In this document: in pieces, positions 42,418 to 51,741 of the stretch
Layout of the letters: the number at the start of each line of letters is the position of its first letter
Position numbering within the stretch: position 1 is the first letter of the stretch
Position numbers and translations under genes: made by a program
The notes under the pieces: generated by a model
What the model was told of the DNA's origin: nothing
Databases searched by the model: none
The model's input: the letters and a program-made list of their open reading frames with translations, nothing else
From: Balanoglossus misakiensis
Lineage: Eukaryota > Animalia > Hemichordata
Reading direction: 5' to 3'
NCBI GenBank assembly: GCA_040954595.2
Contig: JBECUI020000030.1
Coordinates: 124,001-188,000, forward strand
DNA: 64,000 nucleotides

Positions 42418-43338
42418 ATGAAAAAAATTGGTATTATCGGCGCCGGTGATGTCGGCGCAAATATCGGATTCCTTGCTTTAGAAAAACAACTTGCCTCCGT
42501 TATGATTATTGATAATCAAGAGGGCTTAGGCACGGGGAAAGCACTGGATATTATGGAGGCGGCTCCGATCCGAAATTTTTCCTATAGCATAGCCGGCAGT
42601 GATAAGATCGAAGAACTGAAACAATGTTCGGTTATTGTACTTGCCGACGGAACCCCTATGCTTCCGAACATATCGGCAACACAGGTACTGGAAACAAATT
42701 ATCCCATAATAAAAAAGTATGCGTCTGAACTAGCTGACTACAAAGGCATTGTATTAATTGCAATCGCACCATCGGAGGTGCTGGCAACTGCATTTATTGA
42801 ACTCTCATCCCTACCACCCGAGCGCGTCATTGCATTGGGCTGTATGGTTGATGCGCTTTGCCTGGAACAGATTATTGCGCAATCACTCAAAATAACCCCG
42901 GAGAACATTGCAGCAACGGTTATCGGCGGACATGGAAAACATGCCATTGTTTTACCGTCATATACAACAATTTCCGGTATGGCACTCGAATACTTTTTTA
43001 AGCAAAACGAAATAGACCAGTTAAACAAAAAACTGAGACAAAGCGATGTCGATATTGGCAAGCAGCTCAGTAAAACGGGTGCATGCTTTACCCGTGCTGC
43101 GGCTGCATGTGCCGTTTTACAAGCAATAGTATGCGATACGAATAGTTTGTTCTCCATCGGAGTATATTTGCAGAATACATACAAATGTAATAAGCAGGTA
43201 ATGAGTGTGCCTGCTATTCTGTCATCATCCGGAGTTACCAAAGTTATTGAATTGGATCTGACAAAAGACGAGGAGAAACTTTTTTATACCGCCCGGGACG
43301 AAATACAAGCTATGATTACAGGAGTACGAAGTTTATGA
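42418..43338 (+). CDS. LDH/MDH-fold protein with degenerate active site
   Basis: GIIGAGDVG, GKALD, IGGHG retained; substrate-binding Arg residues and NP motif absent. Confidence 0.85.
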   Translation: MKKIGIIGAGDVGANIGFLALEKQLASVMIIDNQEGLGTGKALDIMEAAPIRNFSYSIAGSDKIEELKQCSVIVLADGTPMLPNISATQVLETNYPIIKKYASELADYKGIVLIAIAPSEVLATAFIELSSLPPERVIALGCMVDALCLEQIIAQSLKITPENIAATVIGGHGKHAIVLPSYTTISGMALEYFFKQNEIDQLNKKLRQSDVDIGKQLSKTGACFTRAAAACAVLQAIVCDTNSLFSIGVYLQNTYKCNKQVMSVPAILSSSGVTKVIELDLTKDEEKLFYTARDEIQAMITGVRSL

Positions 43339-44267
43339 GAAAAAAAGTTTCTATTATTGGGGCTGGAAATGTCGGAGCTACCACTGCTTATTTTTTAGCC
43401 AAGAAAAATATTGCTGATGTTACCCTGATTGATGTCGTGGACGGCTTGCCGCAGGGAAAGAGCATTGATTTTAGTCAGATAAGTGGCACACAAAATTTTG
43501 AATATACCGTACAAGGGTCAAATGATTATGCAGCTATCCGCGATTCCGACGTAGTCGTTCATACTGCGGGCATTGCCCGAAAACCCGGCATGGACAGAAT
43601 GGATCTACTCCGTACCAATGTTCGTATTGCCCGATTGGCAGCCCAAGCGATTATGCGCTACTGCCCAAATGCTATCGTTATTGTTGTATCCAATCCGCTT
43701 GACGTCATTGCTATGGCGGTCTTGCGAGAATCCGGATTGGCACTCCGTCGAGTCGTGGGCATGGCAGGCGTTTTAGATTCAACGCGCTTCCGTTATTTCA
43801 TTGCTGAGGCATTAAACTGTGCTCCCCCGGATGTCTTTGCTATGGTGCTCGGTGGACATGGTGATACAATGGTACCTATTCCGCGTTATACCACTGTTCA
43901 CGGCATTCCAATTAGCAACTTTTTAAACAAAGATACCATTCAGAAACTGGTTGATCGAACACGGACAGGCGGTGCGGAGATCGTAAACTACTACAAAACC
44001 GGAAGTGCCTTCTATGCCCCCGCCGCATCAGCAGCAAAGATGGTAGAAGCGATACTGGGGAATCAGAAGAGAATCGAACCTGCCTCTGCCTATCTTCGTG
44101 GTGAATACGGCTATTCGGATATCTTTCTTGGGGTACCCGTTTTACTTGGTCCCAATGGTGTCGAGGCAGTCTACGAAGTAGATTTAGACGAACAAGAAAC
44201 CGCGGCACTTCGTAAATCCGCAGAAGCAGTCCAGGAAGGGGTACGGACCCTAGATACTCTTGATTAA
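43335..44267 (+). CDS. mdh: Malate dehydrogenase (LDH-like)
   Basis: GAGNVG, TAGIARKPGMDR, VSNPLD, LDSTRF, LGGHGD, GGAEIV, SAFYAP. Confidence 0.95.
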   Translation: MRKKVSIIGAGNVGATTAYFLAKKNIADVTLIDVVDGLPQGKSIDFSQISGTQNFEYTVQGSNDYAAIRDSDVVVHTAGIARKPGMDRMDLLRTNVRIARLAAQAIMRYCPNAIVIVVSNPLDVIAMAVLRESGLALRRVVGMAGVLDSTRFRYFIAEALNCAPPDVFAMVLGGHGDTMVPIPRYTTVHGIPISNFLNKDTIQKLVDRTRTGGAEIVNYYKTGSAFYAPAASAAKMVEAILGNQKRIEPASAYLRGEYGYSDIFLGVPVLLGPNGVEAVYEVDLDEQETAALRKSAEAVQEGVRTLDTLD

Positions 44268-44596
44268 TGACATTCAAGATAACATTCTATGTCCCGGATA
44301 ATGCCGCTGAATCCGTTAAAACTGCTATGTTCCATGCAGGAGCGGGGCGATATAAACACTACAGCCATTGCTCGTGGGAAAGCCCTGGAACCGGGCAATT
44401 TCTTCCTCTCGAAGGAAGCAACCCTACAATCGGCAAGGTAGGTGAGATAACACGGGTGCCCGAACTTCGTATAGAAATGCTTTGCTCGGAGACAAAGCTT
44501 CGCCCCGCCATAAATGCCTTGTTACAAGCACATCCCTATGAAGAACCCGCCTATGACGTTATACAAGTACACACAAGAGAAAATTTAAATAAATAG
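44267..44596 (+). CDS. YqfO / NIF3-related PII-like small protein
   Basis: FYVP, AGAG..YSHCS, GQFLPLEGSNP, AHPYEEPAY. Confidence 0.88.
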   Translation: MTFKITFYVPDNAAESVKTAMFHAGAGRYKHYSHCSWESPGTGQFLPLEGSNPTIGKVGEITRVPELRIEMLCSETKLRPAINALLQAHPYEEPAYDVIQVHTRENLNK

Positions 44597-44647
44597 TTGT
44601 AATAAATCTTGTTTTTTTTAAACCATCTGATATAATATATATATAAT

Positions 44648-45853
44648 ATGAATGCATATATAGCAGTAGCAAAACGAACTGCCATTGCAACGTTTCTCGG
44701 CAGTATAAAAAATCTAACGGCTCCCCATCTACAGGCTTGTGTCATACAGGACTGTTTATCAACTGTTGGCATTGCCCCCTCTGATATTGATGAGGTCATT
44801 ATCGGCAATGTTCTTCAGGCAGGAGTTGGACAGGGTCCTGCACGACAAGCATCTATCCAAGCCGGTATACCTGAAAACGTCCCCGCTTACAGCATTAACA
44901 TGGTCTGCGGGAGCGGGCTCAAAACCATTATGATTGCAGAGAGCGAAATAAAGTCGGGGAGATTTCACCGCCTTGTTGCCGGGGGTATGGAACAGATGTC
45001 TGCGGTACCCTACCTGGTACCGGGACTGGTACGCTCAGGCAGTAAATTCGGCAATCTTAATTTAATAGATAGCCTCCAGCATGATGGGCTTACCGATGCA
45101 TTTAATAACTATGCTATGGGAGTAACCGCCGAAAACGTTGCCGAACGCTACTCTATTAGTAGAGAGGATCAGGATGCATTTGCATATCAAAGTCAACAGC
45201 GGGCTATTGTCGCCGTCGACTCGGGGCGGTTTAAGGAAGAAATTATTGATATTACAGTCAAAAGCAAGCGGGAAGAACTTATTTTTAACATAGATGAGTA
45301 TCCAAACCGCAAATCAACCCCGGAGAAACTCGCCACCCTGAGACCGGCATTCAAGCCGGATGGTACTGTAACTGCAGGGAATTCATCAGGAATTAATGAC
45401 GGAGCCAGTGCAGTCGTAGTACTGTCTGAAGAGGCATTGAAACAAACAAATGCGAAACCCATTGCACGAATTATTGCTAGTGCCGAGGTTGGTGTTTCAC
45501 CGGCATACATGGGCATGGGGCCCCTTGGTGCCTGTACGACGGTTCTGAAGAAAACAAACCTAACCATAGAAGATATTGATCTCATTGAATTGAATGAGGC
45601 ATTTGCTGCACAAGCAGTAGCTGTTATTCGTGAACTGGCAAAGACATGCAATGTCAGCCCCGAACACATTATAGAAAAAACAAATGTTAATGGAGGTGCC
45701 ATTGCCTTAGGACATCCGATTGGATGCTCGGGGAATCGCATTGTTGTAACCCTACTCCATGAAATGCAAAAACGTAGGGCACGTTATGGAATGGCAGCAC
45801 TATGCGTAGGGGGCGGGATGGGACTTGCAATGATATTTGAACGAATTGAGTAA
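44648..45853 (+). CDS. atoB: Acetyl-CoA C-acetyltransferase (thiolase)
   Basis: NMVCGSG, TAGNSSGINDGA, ELNEAFA, GHPIGCSG, LCVGGGMG. Confidence 0.95.
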   Translation: MNAYIAVAKRTAIATFLGSIKNLTAPHLQACVIQDCLSTVGIAPSDIDEVIIGNVLQAGVGQGPARQASIQAGIPENVPAYSINMVCGSGLKTIMIAESEIKSGRFHRLVAGGMEQMSAVPYLVPGLVRSGSKFGNLNLIDSLQHDGLTDAFNNYAMGVTAENVAERYSISREDQDAFAYQSQQRAIVAVDSGRFKEEIIDITVKSKREELIFNIDEYPNRKSTPEKLATLRPAFKPDGTVTAGNSSGINDGASAVVVLSEEALKQTNAKPIARIIASAEVGVSPAYMGMGPLGACTTVLKKTNLTIEDIDLIELNEAFAAQAVAVIRELAKTCNVSPEHIIEKTNVNGGAIALGHPIGCSGNRIVVTLLHEMQKRRARYGMAALCVGGGMGLAMIFERIE

Positions 45854-45862
45854 GGAGATACA

Positions 45863-46507
45863 ATGAAAATACTTCAATCAGCAGACGAAGTTCTTACACA
45901 TGTTAAGGATCATACACGCATACTACTAGGTGGGTTTCTTGGAGTAGGAACGGCAGAAAGTTTTATTGACGCAATCCTTAAATCTCCGGTACGCAATCTT
46001 GAGATTGCTGTTTGTGATACCGCCTTTCCAGACAAGGGTGTCGGCAGACTTATTAGTGCCCATAAGGTAAAGAAACTATTTGTTTCACATATTGGCACCA
46101 ATCCGGAGACAGGGAAGCAATTCAACGAAAAGAGTTTAGAGATAGAGTTTATTCCGCAGGGTACTCTTGTGGAGCGTATACGGGCAGCCGGTGCCGGACT
46201 TGGTGCGGTCATTACTCCCGTTGGGCTCAATACCCTTGCTGCTAAGGGGAAAGACACAATTACTATCAATGGGAAAGAATATCTCGTCGAACTTCCTTTA
46301 CATGGTGATGTTGCCTGGATAAAGGCACATAAGGCTGATGTCCACGGCAATCTCGTATATTACCGTGCAGCAAGAAATTTTAATCCGGTTATGGCAACAG
46401 CCGCAGATCTAGTCTGTGTTGAAGTTGATGAGATTGTTGATAATCTTGATCCGGAAGCAGTTGTTACCCCCGGCGTGTTGGTTGATTACGTTGTGTGTAC
46501 CTCGTAA
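45863..46507 (+). CDS. atoD: Acetate/3-oxoacid CoA-transferase subunit A
   Basis: GGFLGVG, SHIGTNPE, PQGTLVERIRAAGAG, ARNFNPVMA. Confidence 0.92.
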   Translation: MKILQSADEVLTHVKDHTRILLGGFLGVGTAESFIDAILKSPVRNLEIAVCDTAFPDKGVGRLISAHKVKKLFVSHIGTNPETGKQFNEKSLEIEFIPQGTLVERIRAAGAGLGAVITPVGLNTLAAKGKDTITINGKEYLVELPLHGDVAWIKAHKADVHGNLVYYRAARNFNPVMATAADLVCVEVDEIVDNLDPEAVVTPGVLVDYVVCTS

Positions 46508-46532
46508 GAAACAAATTATTATGGAGTGAAAA

Positions 46533-47192
46533 ATGGAAAAACAAGAAATACGTGAACGCATTGCAAAACGAATTGCTTTAGAAATAAAAGACGGAGAAAT
46601 GGTTAATCTCGGCATTGGCATCCCAACCCTAGTGAACCACTACATTCCCGAATCGTGCAAGGTCATTCTTCAAGCGGAAAACGGGCTGCTCGGTATCGGC
46701 AAGGATGCTCTTGAAGGGAAAGAAGATTTTCAGATAATAAACGCCAGTGGTCAAACGGTTACTCTTACACCTGGGGCTTCAGTGCTTGATTCATCCCTTG
46801 CGTTTGCTCTTATTCGCGGTGGTCATGTGGATGCTACGGTATTGGGAACACTGGAAGTAGATGCTGAGGGAAGCATTGCCAACTGGATGATCCCCGGTAA
46901 GTTTGTGCCTGGAATTGGTGGGGGTATGGATCTTATTTACGGCGCAAAACGAGTTATTATTGCCACTGAGCATACTGTAAAAGATCGCCCGAAAATACTC
47001 CAACAATGTTCGCTCCCCCTTACCGCATACGGGCAAGCGAACATAATCGTTAGTGAGAAGGCAGTATTTATCCGAACCGACAAGGGATTAGTCCTGACGG
47101 AGTATGCACCCGAAGAGACTGTAGAAAGCATCCGTGCTTGCACCGGTGCATCCTTTACCATTGCTGATAATCTAAAAGAAATGCCGGTTTGA
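46533..47192 (+). CDS. atoA: Acetate/3-oxoacid CoA-transferase subunit B
   Basis: VNLGIGIPT, QAENG catalytic Glu, IRGGHVD, GGGMDL. Confidence 0.92.
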   Translation: MEKQEIRERIAKRIALEIKDGEMVNLGIGIPTLVNHYIPESCKVILQAENGLLGIGKDALEGKEDFQIINASGQTVTLTPGASVLDSSLAFALIRGGHVDATVLGTLEVDAEGSIANWMIPGKFVPGIGGGMDLIYGAKRVIIATEHTVKDRPKILQQCSLPLTAYGQANIIVSEKAVFIRTDKGLVLTEYAPEETVESIRACTGASFTIADNLKEMPV

Positions 47193-47208
47193 GTGTGCTG
47201 TAAAGCCC

Positions 47209-47913
47209 TCAACACTCGCCGGCAAGCGAACATGCTAGCTTCATCATAGTATCAAAGCCACGTTCGCGTACTGAGCTGTCTACTTCTGTTTGAGTAACAA
47301 GACTATCACTAACCGACAGAATTGCAAGGGCACGAATACCATGTTTTGCAGCAAGGGTGTACAACTGATGTGTTTCCATTTCAACGGCTAAAACACCATA
47401 CGCTGCCCATTCTTTCCACGCATTGAGATCATCTTGATAAAACGTATCTTCCGAGAGAATCGTGCCAACATGATAGGGGATCTTTTGTTTCTGGGCAATG
47501 CTATCTGCATGGGAGAGCAGCTGAAAATTTGCACAGGGTGAATACTGTCCTGCACCGAAACGAGCACTGTTCATTGCCGAAGTAGTGGATGCCCCCATAG
47601 CTAGAATAATGTCAAATAAATCGATCCCAGGCTGCATTGCACCACATGAACCAATGCGCACTATGGTTTTTGCCCCATATTGAATAAGTTCATTAACATA
47701 AATTGCCATTGATGGCATGCCCATGCCTGAACCTTGCACGGAAACACGGCGTCCGTTAATAGTGCCTGTAAAACCTAACATGCCACGAACCCTGCTATAA
47801 CACTGCGCGTCCTGCATATATTCCGTTGCCATAAACTCCGCCCGCAAAGGGTCACCAGGTAAAAAAACCAGATCTGCTATTTCACCTTCTTTTGCACCAA
47901 TATGAATACTCAT
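47209..47913 (-). CDS. deoD: Purine-nucleoside phosphorylase
   Basis: PGDPLRA, GMGMPS, RIGSCGA, VEME, VSD. Confidence 0.96.
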   Translation of the reverse strand: MSIHIGAKEGEIADLVFLPGDPLRAEFMATEYMQDAQCYSRVRGMLGFTGTINGRRVSVQGSGMGMPSMAIYVNELIQYGAKTIVRIGSCGAMQPGIDLFDIILAMGASTTSAMNSARFGAGQYSPCANFQLLSHADSIAQKQKIPYHVGTILSEDTFYQDDLNAWKEWAAYGVLAVEMETHQLYTLAAKHGIRALAILSVSDSLVTQTEVDSSVRERGFDTMMKLACSLAGEC

Positions 47914-47962
47914 TTTTCCTCCTGAATACAGTAACTATAATATACAATCGCCTAAAATAATA

Positions 47963-48922
47963 CTATATACCCGTCCGTACGGTGGCATACAGACCCTCTA
48001 TTAAATTTTTTTGCAGTGGCGGCTTTATGTAACTACGTACCACCGAACATGCATTCCGTACCCCTTGGGCACTACCAAAAGACCTGCCGGCGAGTTTCCG
48101 CCCGAGCTTCTGCAATGCGTGATCGGTGCCACCTGGATATTCCACCAGGCGAATTCTTCCTTTCGATACACTCAGTCGAATCTGTCCCCCCGGAGATTTT
48201 CCGAAAGTGCAGGTAAAATTGGGCGTCTTGTTAAAACGCCAATCCACACTCATGAGTAGTCGCCTTTTGCTGAAAACTTCCTCCCTATAACGCACATTGC
48301 TTGTCGACATGTATTCTTCCTTGCAGGATAAGCGATTTCTAAAATATGTAAGAATCCCGTTCCAATGTAGATTGTGCAGATTCATAACGTTGCCACGACG
48401 CGAATGAACCCCCCTTCCATCAATGTAAAGAGCAGGTGATGCCATCAAGCTAGTACGTAGTCTGGTGAGATCACTCGCCACAAGTAGAGTCAAATGATGG
48501 TAGACGTAATGTTGCGTAAAGCGAAATGCACTTCCGGAGATTTTTTTCCCTTGTACAAGAATGTCGCTTGAATCCCCGAGGGCTGCATCAATGCCATATG
48601 AATGCAACATATCCAGTATCATGTTGAGATTCTGCTCTTGCCGATATGCAACTCGCGGAGAGAGGAAACTGATATTAATATTGCCACGATCATGAAATAC
48701 TGCCCCGCCGCCACTAATGCGTCTGCACAAGCGGGTTCTGTCTTTCCTCATCTGGACAAATTTACATTCTTGCCACGGATTTTGATTTCTACCGATAATG
48801 ACAGAATCCGCATTGCGCCAAATAAATACTACTTGTTCATTGATAGCAATATGTTCGGCAATGCATTGTTCCAAGGCAATGTTAAAAAAAGGATCGGAGG
48901 AAGAGGAACAGATGAGTTGCAT
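47963..48922 (-). CDS. lplA: Lipoate-protein ligase A
   Basis: IGRNQNPWQEC, RRISGGGAVFHDRGN, KKISGSA, HHLTLL. Confidence 0.9.
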   Translation of the reverse strand: MQLICSSSSDPFFNIALEQCIAEHIAINEQVVFIWRNADSVIIGRNQNPWQECKFVQMRKDRTRLCRRISGGGAVFHDRGNINISFLSPRVAYRQEQNLNMILDMLHSYGIDAALGDSSDILVQGKKISGSAFRFTQHYVYHHLTLLVASDLTRLRTSLMASPALYIDGRGVHSRRGNVMNLHNLHWNGILTYFRNRLSCKEEYMSTSNVRYREEVFSKRRLLMSVDWRFNKTPNFTCTFGKSPGGQIRLSVSKGRIRLVEYPGGTDHALQKLGRKLAGRSFGSAQGVRNACSVVRSYIKPPLQKNLIEGLYATVRTGI

Positions 48923-48936
48923 AGATATGCTCCGAA

Positions 48937-49527
48937 CTAATCAAATGAGGTACGCGCACGAAGTGCACGTGCTATGGTCATACGGTCAGTGTATTCTAGG
49001 TCTCCGCCAACGGGCATGCCTAAAGCAATGCGGGATACCTTTGGCACAATCTCTTCCAATAGTTTCTTTACATATCGTGCAGTAATATCCCCTTCTACGG
49101 TCGGATTGGTAGCCAGGATAACCTCCTGTGTATTTGTAGCATGCACACGCTCAACAAGATTATCAATAGATAACTGCTGTGGACCAATTCCCTGCATGGG
49201 TGTAATAACACCATGGAGAACATGATACAATCCTTCAAATTCGTGGGCAGTTTCCAGCACAAAGATGTCCTGCGGATGTTCAACAACACAGATGCAGCTC
49301 GTATCCCTATTGGAGTCGGTACAGATAGAACAGTGTTCATGCTCGCTATATGCACCACAGAGTTTACAATGCCGGACAACATCAACAATCTCCGCTATTT
49401 GCTGTCCGAGTTTATAACAAAAATCTTTTCGTGCGCCTAGCAAATAATACACCATCCGGGATGCACTCTTTCGACCAATCCCAGGGAATGCAGCGAAGGA
49501 ATCCACAAGTCGTTCAATGGCCTTCAT
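48937..49527 (-). CDS. recR: Recombination mediator RecR
   Basis: PGIGRKSA, C4 zinc finger, YHVLHG, ATNPTVEG. Confidence 0.96.
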   Translation of the reverse strand: MKAIERLVDSFAAFPGIGRKSASRMVYYLLGARKDFCYKLGQQIAEIVDVVRHCKLCGAYSEHEHCSICTDSNRDTSCICVVEHPQDIFVLETAHEFEGLYHVLHGVITPMQGIGPQQLSIDNLVERVHATNTQEVILATNPTVEGDITARYVKKLLEEIVPKVSRIALGMPVGGDLEYTDRMTIARALRARTSFD

Positions 49528-49853
49528 TAGAATCCCATAACACCAGGGGGAGTTGCGCCGCCCATCATTGCTGAGCCAAACTCTTGCTTAATCTTCTCTC
49601 GAACATTGTGCGTAGCAAGATTCACCGCAGAGACGACCATGTCTTCAACTATTTGTTTTTTATCAGGCTGTAGTAACGAATCTTCGATTTGTACGGATAT
49701 CACCTCAAACTGTCCGTTCACCTGAGCGGATACCATACCACTTCCTACTTCCCCTGTTGCCACAATGGTATGTATTCTTTCTTGCATCTTTTCCATTTGC
49801 TCTTTAAACCGTGGACCGATCTGTTCTTGAAACTTATCCATTATATTCATCAT
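49527..49853 (-). CDS. ybaB: YbaB/EbfC nucleoid-associated protein
   Basis: GEVGSGMV..VNG, EDMVVSAVN; between dnaX and recR. Confidence 0.9.
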   Translation of the reverse strand: MMNIMDKFQEQIGPRFKEQMEKMQERIHTIVATGEVGSGMVSAQVNGQFEVISVQIEDSLLQPDKKQIVEDMVVSAVNLATHNVREKIKQEFGSAMMGGATPPGVMGF

Positions 49854-49865
49854 TCTCTCCTTACA

Positions 49866-51389
49866 TTATCTCTCAATTATATCATGAAATACATTTTCCA
49901 CAGCATGAACCATTGGGTTTGCTTTCGCGGTAGGAGCTGCTTTTTGTTCAGGCTCTAATAGTTCCACTGACGTAAGGTTGTCAGCCGGAATAGCAGATCT
50001 TATTATATCCCATCCATCATTTAGCTGCTTGTAACTGTAATTGCTATCAGCCTGGATAAGGAGTTTATTCTCAGTCAGACGGAAGACACATTGTGTTTGA
50101 ACACATTTCTCCAGTATTGTCTCCTTGTTCTTATGTAACTGATGAACAATTAAACTCCGTAGCTCCTCTACCCGATCCTCGCTTGCTTCTCCTTTGATCT
50201 CGTCCTTGATATTGCCCCGGGTATCTCCTTTGACAACAGATGGAGGAACAATGGCACCCGCAGATGCCGGACGAAGTTGTTCCACTCGCTTTACTAATTC
50301 TTCTGTATGAATGTAGTTCTTAAGATTACATAGTTTGCAAATGAGAACCTCCAACTCACAGGTCTGGTTGATGGAATATCTAATATTGCGATAACAATCA
50401 AAAAGAATTTCTAAGCCGTGTACCAGCTGTGTCTGACTAAGTGGCTCAATGTCCTGGTATAGGGACTGTGAAAGCCCCAGTATGTCTTCTTTTACAAGAC
50501 CGGAGGAAATAAATAATAAGTTCCGAAAATGATGCACAAGTTCCTGAAGACAATAAGATAATGCCGCACCTTGCATAAGAATCCTATCAAATTGAACCAA
50601 TGCCTGCTCTGCATCTCCCCCTAGGATAGAACGAAGAAGGGAGACCATGAGTCGTACATCAGGAATGCCTAATGTTTCACTTAACTTCTCAAGAGTCATC
50701 TGTCCACCGGAAAAGGCAAGACATTGATCCAACAATGTATAAGCATCGCGGAGTGACCCGGTAGCTTCACGGGCAATCCATACAAGGGATTCTTTCTCTG
50801 CTTCTACCCCCATCTCGCGACAGGCATCCATAAGACAATCCTGTATGTTGTCTAGCCCCATGCGCTGAAATACATACTGTTGACAACGCGAACGGATAGT
50901 CGCCGGAACCTTGTGTAATTCGGTAGTTGCAAAGATAAATATAACGTAGTCCGGTGGCTCTTCTATAGTCTTAAGCAAGGCATTAAAAGCACTGATGGAT
51001 AACATGTGAACTTCATCAATAATGTATACCTTGTATGGCAGGTCTGCCGGAGCAAATAATATTTCATCCTTAATGGCCCGAACATCATTTACACCCGTAT
51101 GTGAGGCTCCGTCAATTTCAATAACATCAAGGGACTTGCCTTCAGCAATCTCTTTACTTCCGGCATAATTCCAGTTGTCTATACTTGGTCCTCCGGGGGC
51201 GTTCAAGGCAGTCGCAAGAATGCGGGCAACAGAGGTCTTGCCAACACCTCGCGGGCCGGAAAAAAGATATGCTTGTGCGATGGCACCGGTAGTGATGCTG
51301 TTCGTTAGAGTTTTTACTACAAATTCTTGCCCTACGATTTGTTCAAAGGTTTTTGGGCGTTTACGTAGTGCAGTTACCTGATATTTCAC
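49866..51389 (-). CDS. dnaX: DNA polymerase III subunit gamma/tau
   Basis: GPRGVGKTS, EIDGAS, IDEVHMLS, TIRSRCQ, GSLRDA. Confidence 0.95.
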   Translation of the reverse strand: MKYQVTALRKRPKTFEQIVGQEFVVKTLTNSITTGAIAQAYLFSGPRGVGKTSVARILATALNAPGGPSIDNWNYAGSKEIAEGKSLDVIEIDGASHTGVNDVRAIKDEILFAPADLPYKVYIIDEVHMLSISAFNALLKTIEEPPDYVIFIFATTELHKVPATIRSRCQQYVFQRMGLDNIQDCLMDACREMGVEAEKESLVWIAREATGSLRDAYTLLDQCLAFSGGQMTLEKLSETLGIPDVRLMVSLLRSILGGDAEQALVQFDRILMQGAALSYCLQELVHHFRNLLFISSGLVKEDILGLSQSLYQDIEPLSQTQLVHGLEILFDCYRNIRYSINQTCELEVLICKLCNLKNYIHTEELVKRVEQLRPASAGAIVPPSVVKGDTRGNIKDEIKGEASEDRVEELRSLIVHQLHKNKETILEKCVQTQCVFRLTENKLLIQADSNYSYKQLNDGWDIIRSAIPADNLTSVELLEPEQKAAPTAKANPMVHAVENVFHDIIER

Positions 51390-51412
51390 AATAATAGCCT
51401 ATAACCTCACAT

Positions 51413-51514
51413 GGAAACCGGAAACACTGCTGAACAGGTTCGAGACACGTACCGCTGCTTCCTTCCGGACCTGACGGGGTTCGGTGCCCTCCCCTTTCAC
51501 AGGTTCCGGCAACC
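51413..51514 (-). ncRNA. ffs: Signal recognition particle RNA (4.5S)
   Basis: Minus-strand TCAGGTCCGGAAGGAAGCAGC domain IV; terminal helix GG..GCCGGAA/TTCCGGTTTCC; tRNA-Ser-ffs-dnaX synteny. Confidence 0.93.
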
Positions 51515-51524
51515 AATAGAGGTA

Positions 51525-51613
51525 CGGAGAGAGGGGGATTCGAACCCCCGGTACCCTGTTAAGAGTACAAACGCTTTCCAAGCGTTCACCTTCAACCACT
51601 CGGTCACCTCTCC
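51525..51613 (-). tRNA. tRNA-Ser(GGA)
   Basis: GGAGAGG...TCTCTCC-G acceptor, AACGC-TTGGAAA-GCGTT anticodon arm, long variable arm, GGTTCGAATCC. Confidence 0.96.
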
Positions 51614-51741
51614 TTTACCATTATTATACAGTATATTAGAGCTGCATTCAAGCAAACTTCTTATTGTTCAATGATTTCATTCCCCTTGTACTTCTATCCG
51701 AACGTATGCTATAATACATTGTAATAAAGGAGGTACTTATT

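Noticed and set aside
49866-51389. Programmed gamma/tau frameshift in dnaX
   Set aside because: No A AAA AAG heptamer or long A-run was noticed at the expected position.
51399-51674. ORFs 51399-51599 and 51411-51674
   Set aside because: They overlap tRNA-Ser and SRP RNA and are spurious.
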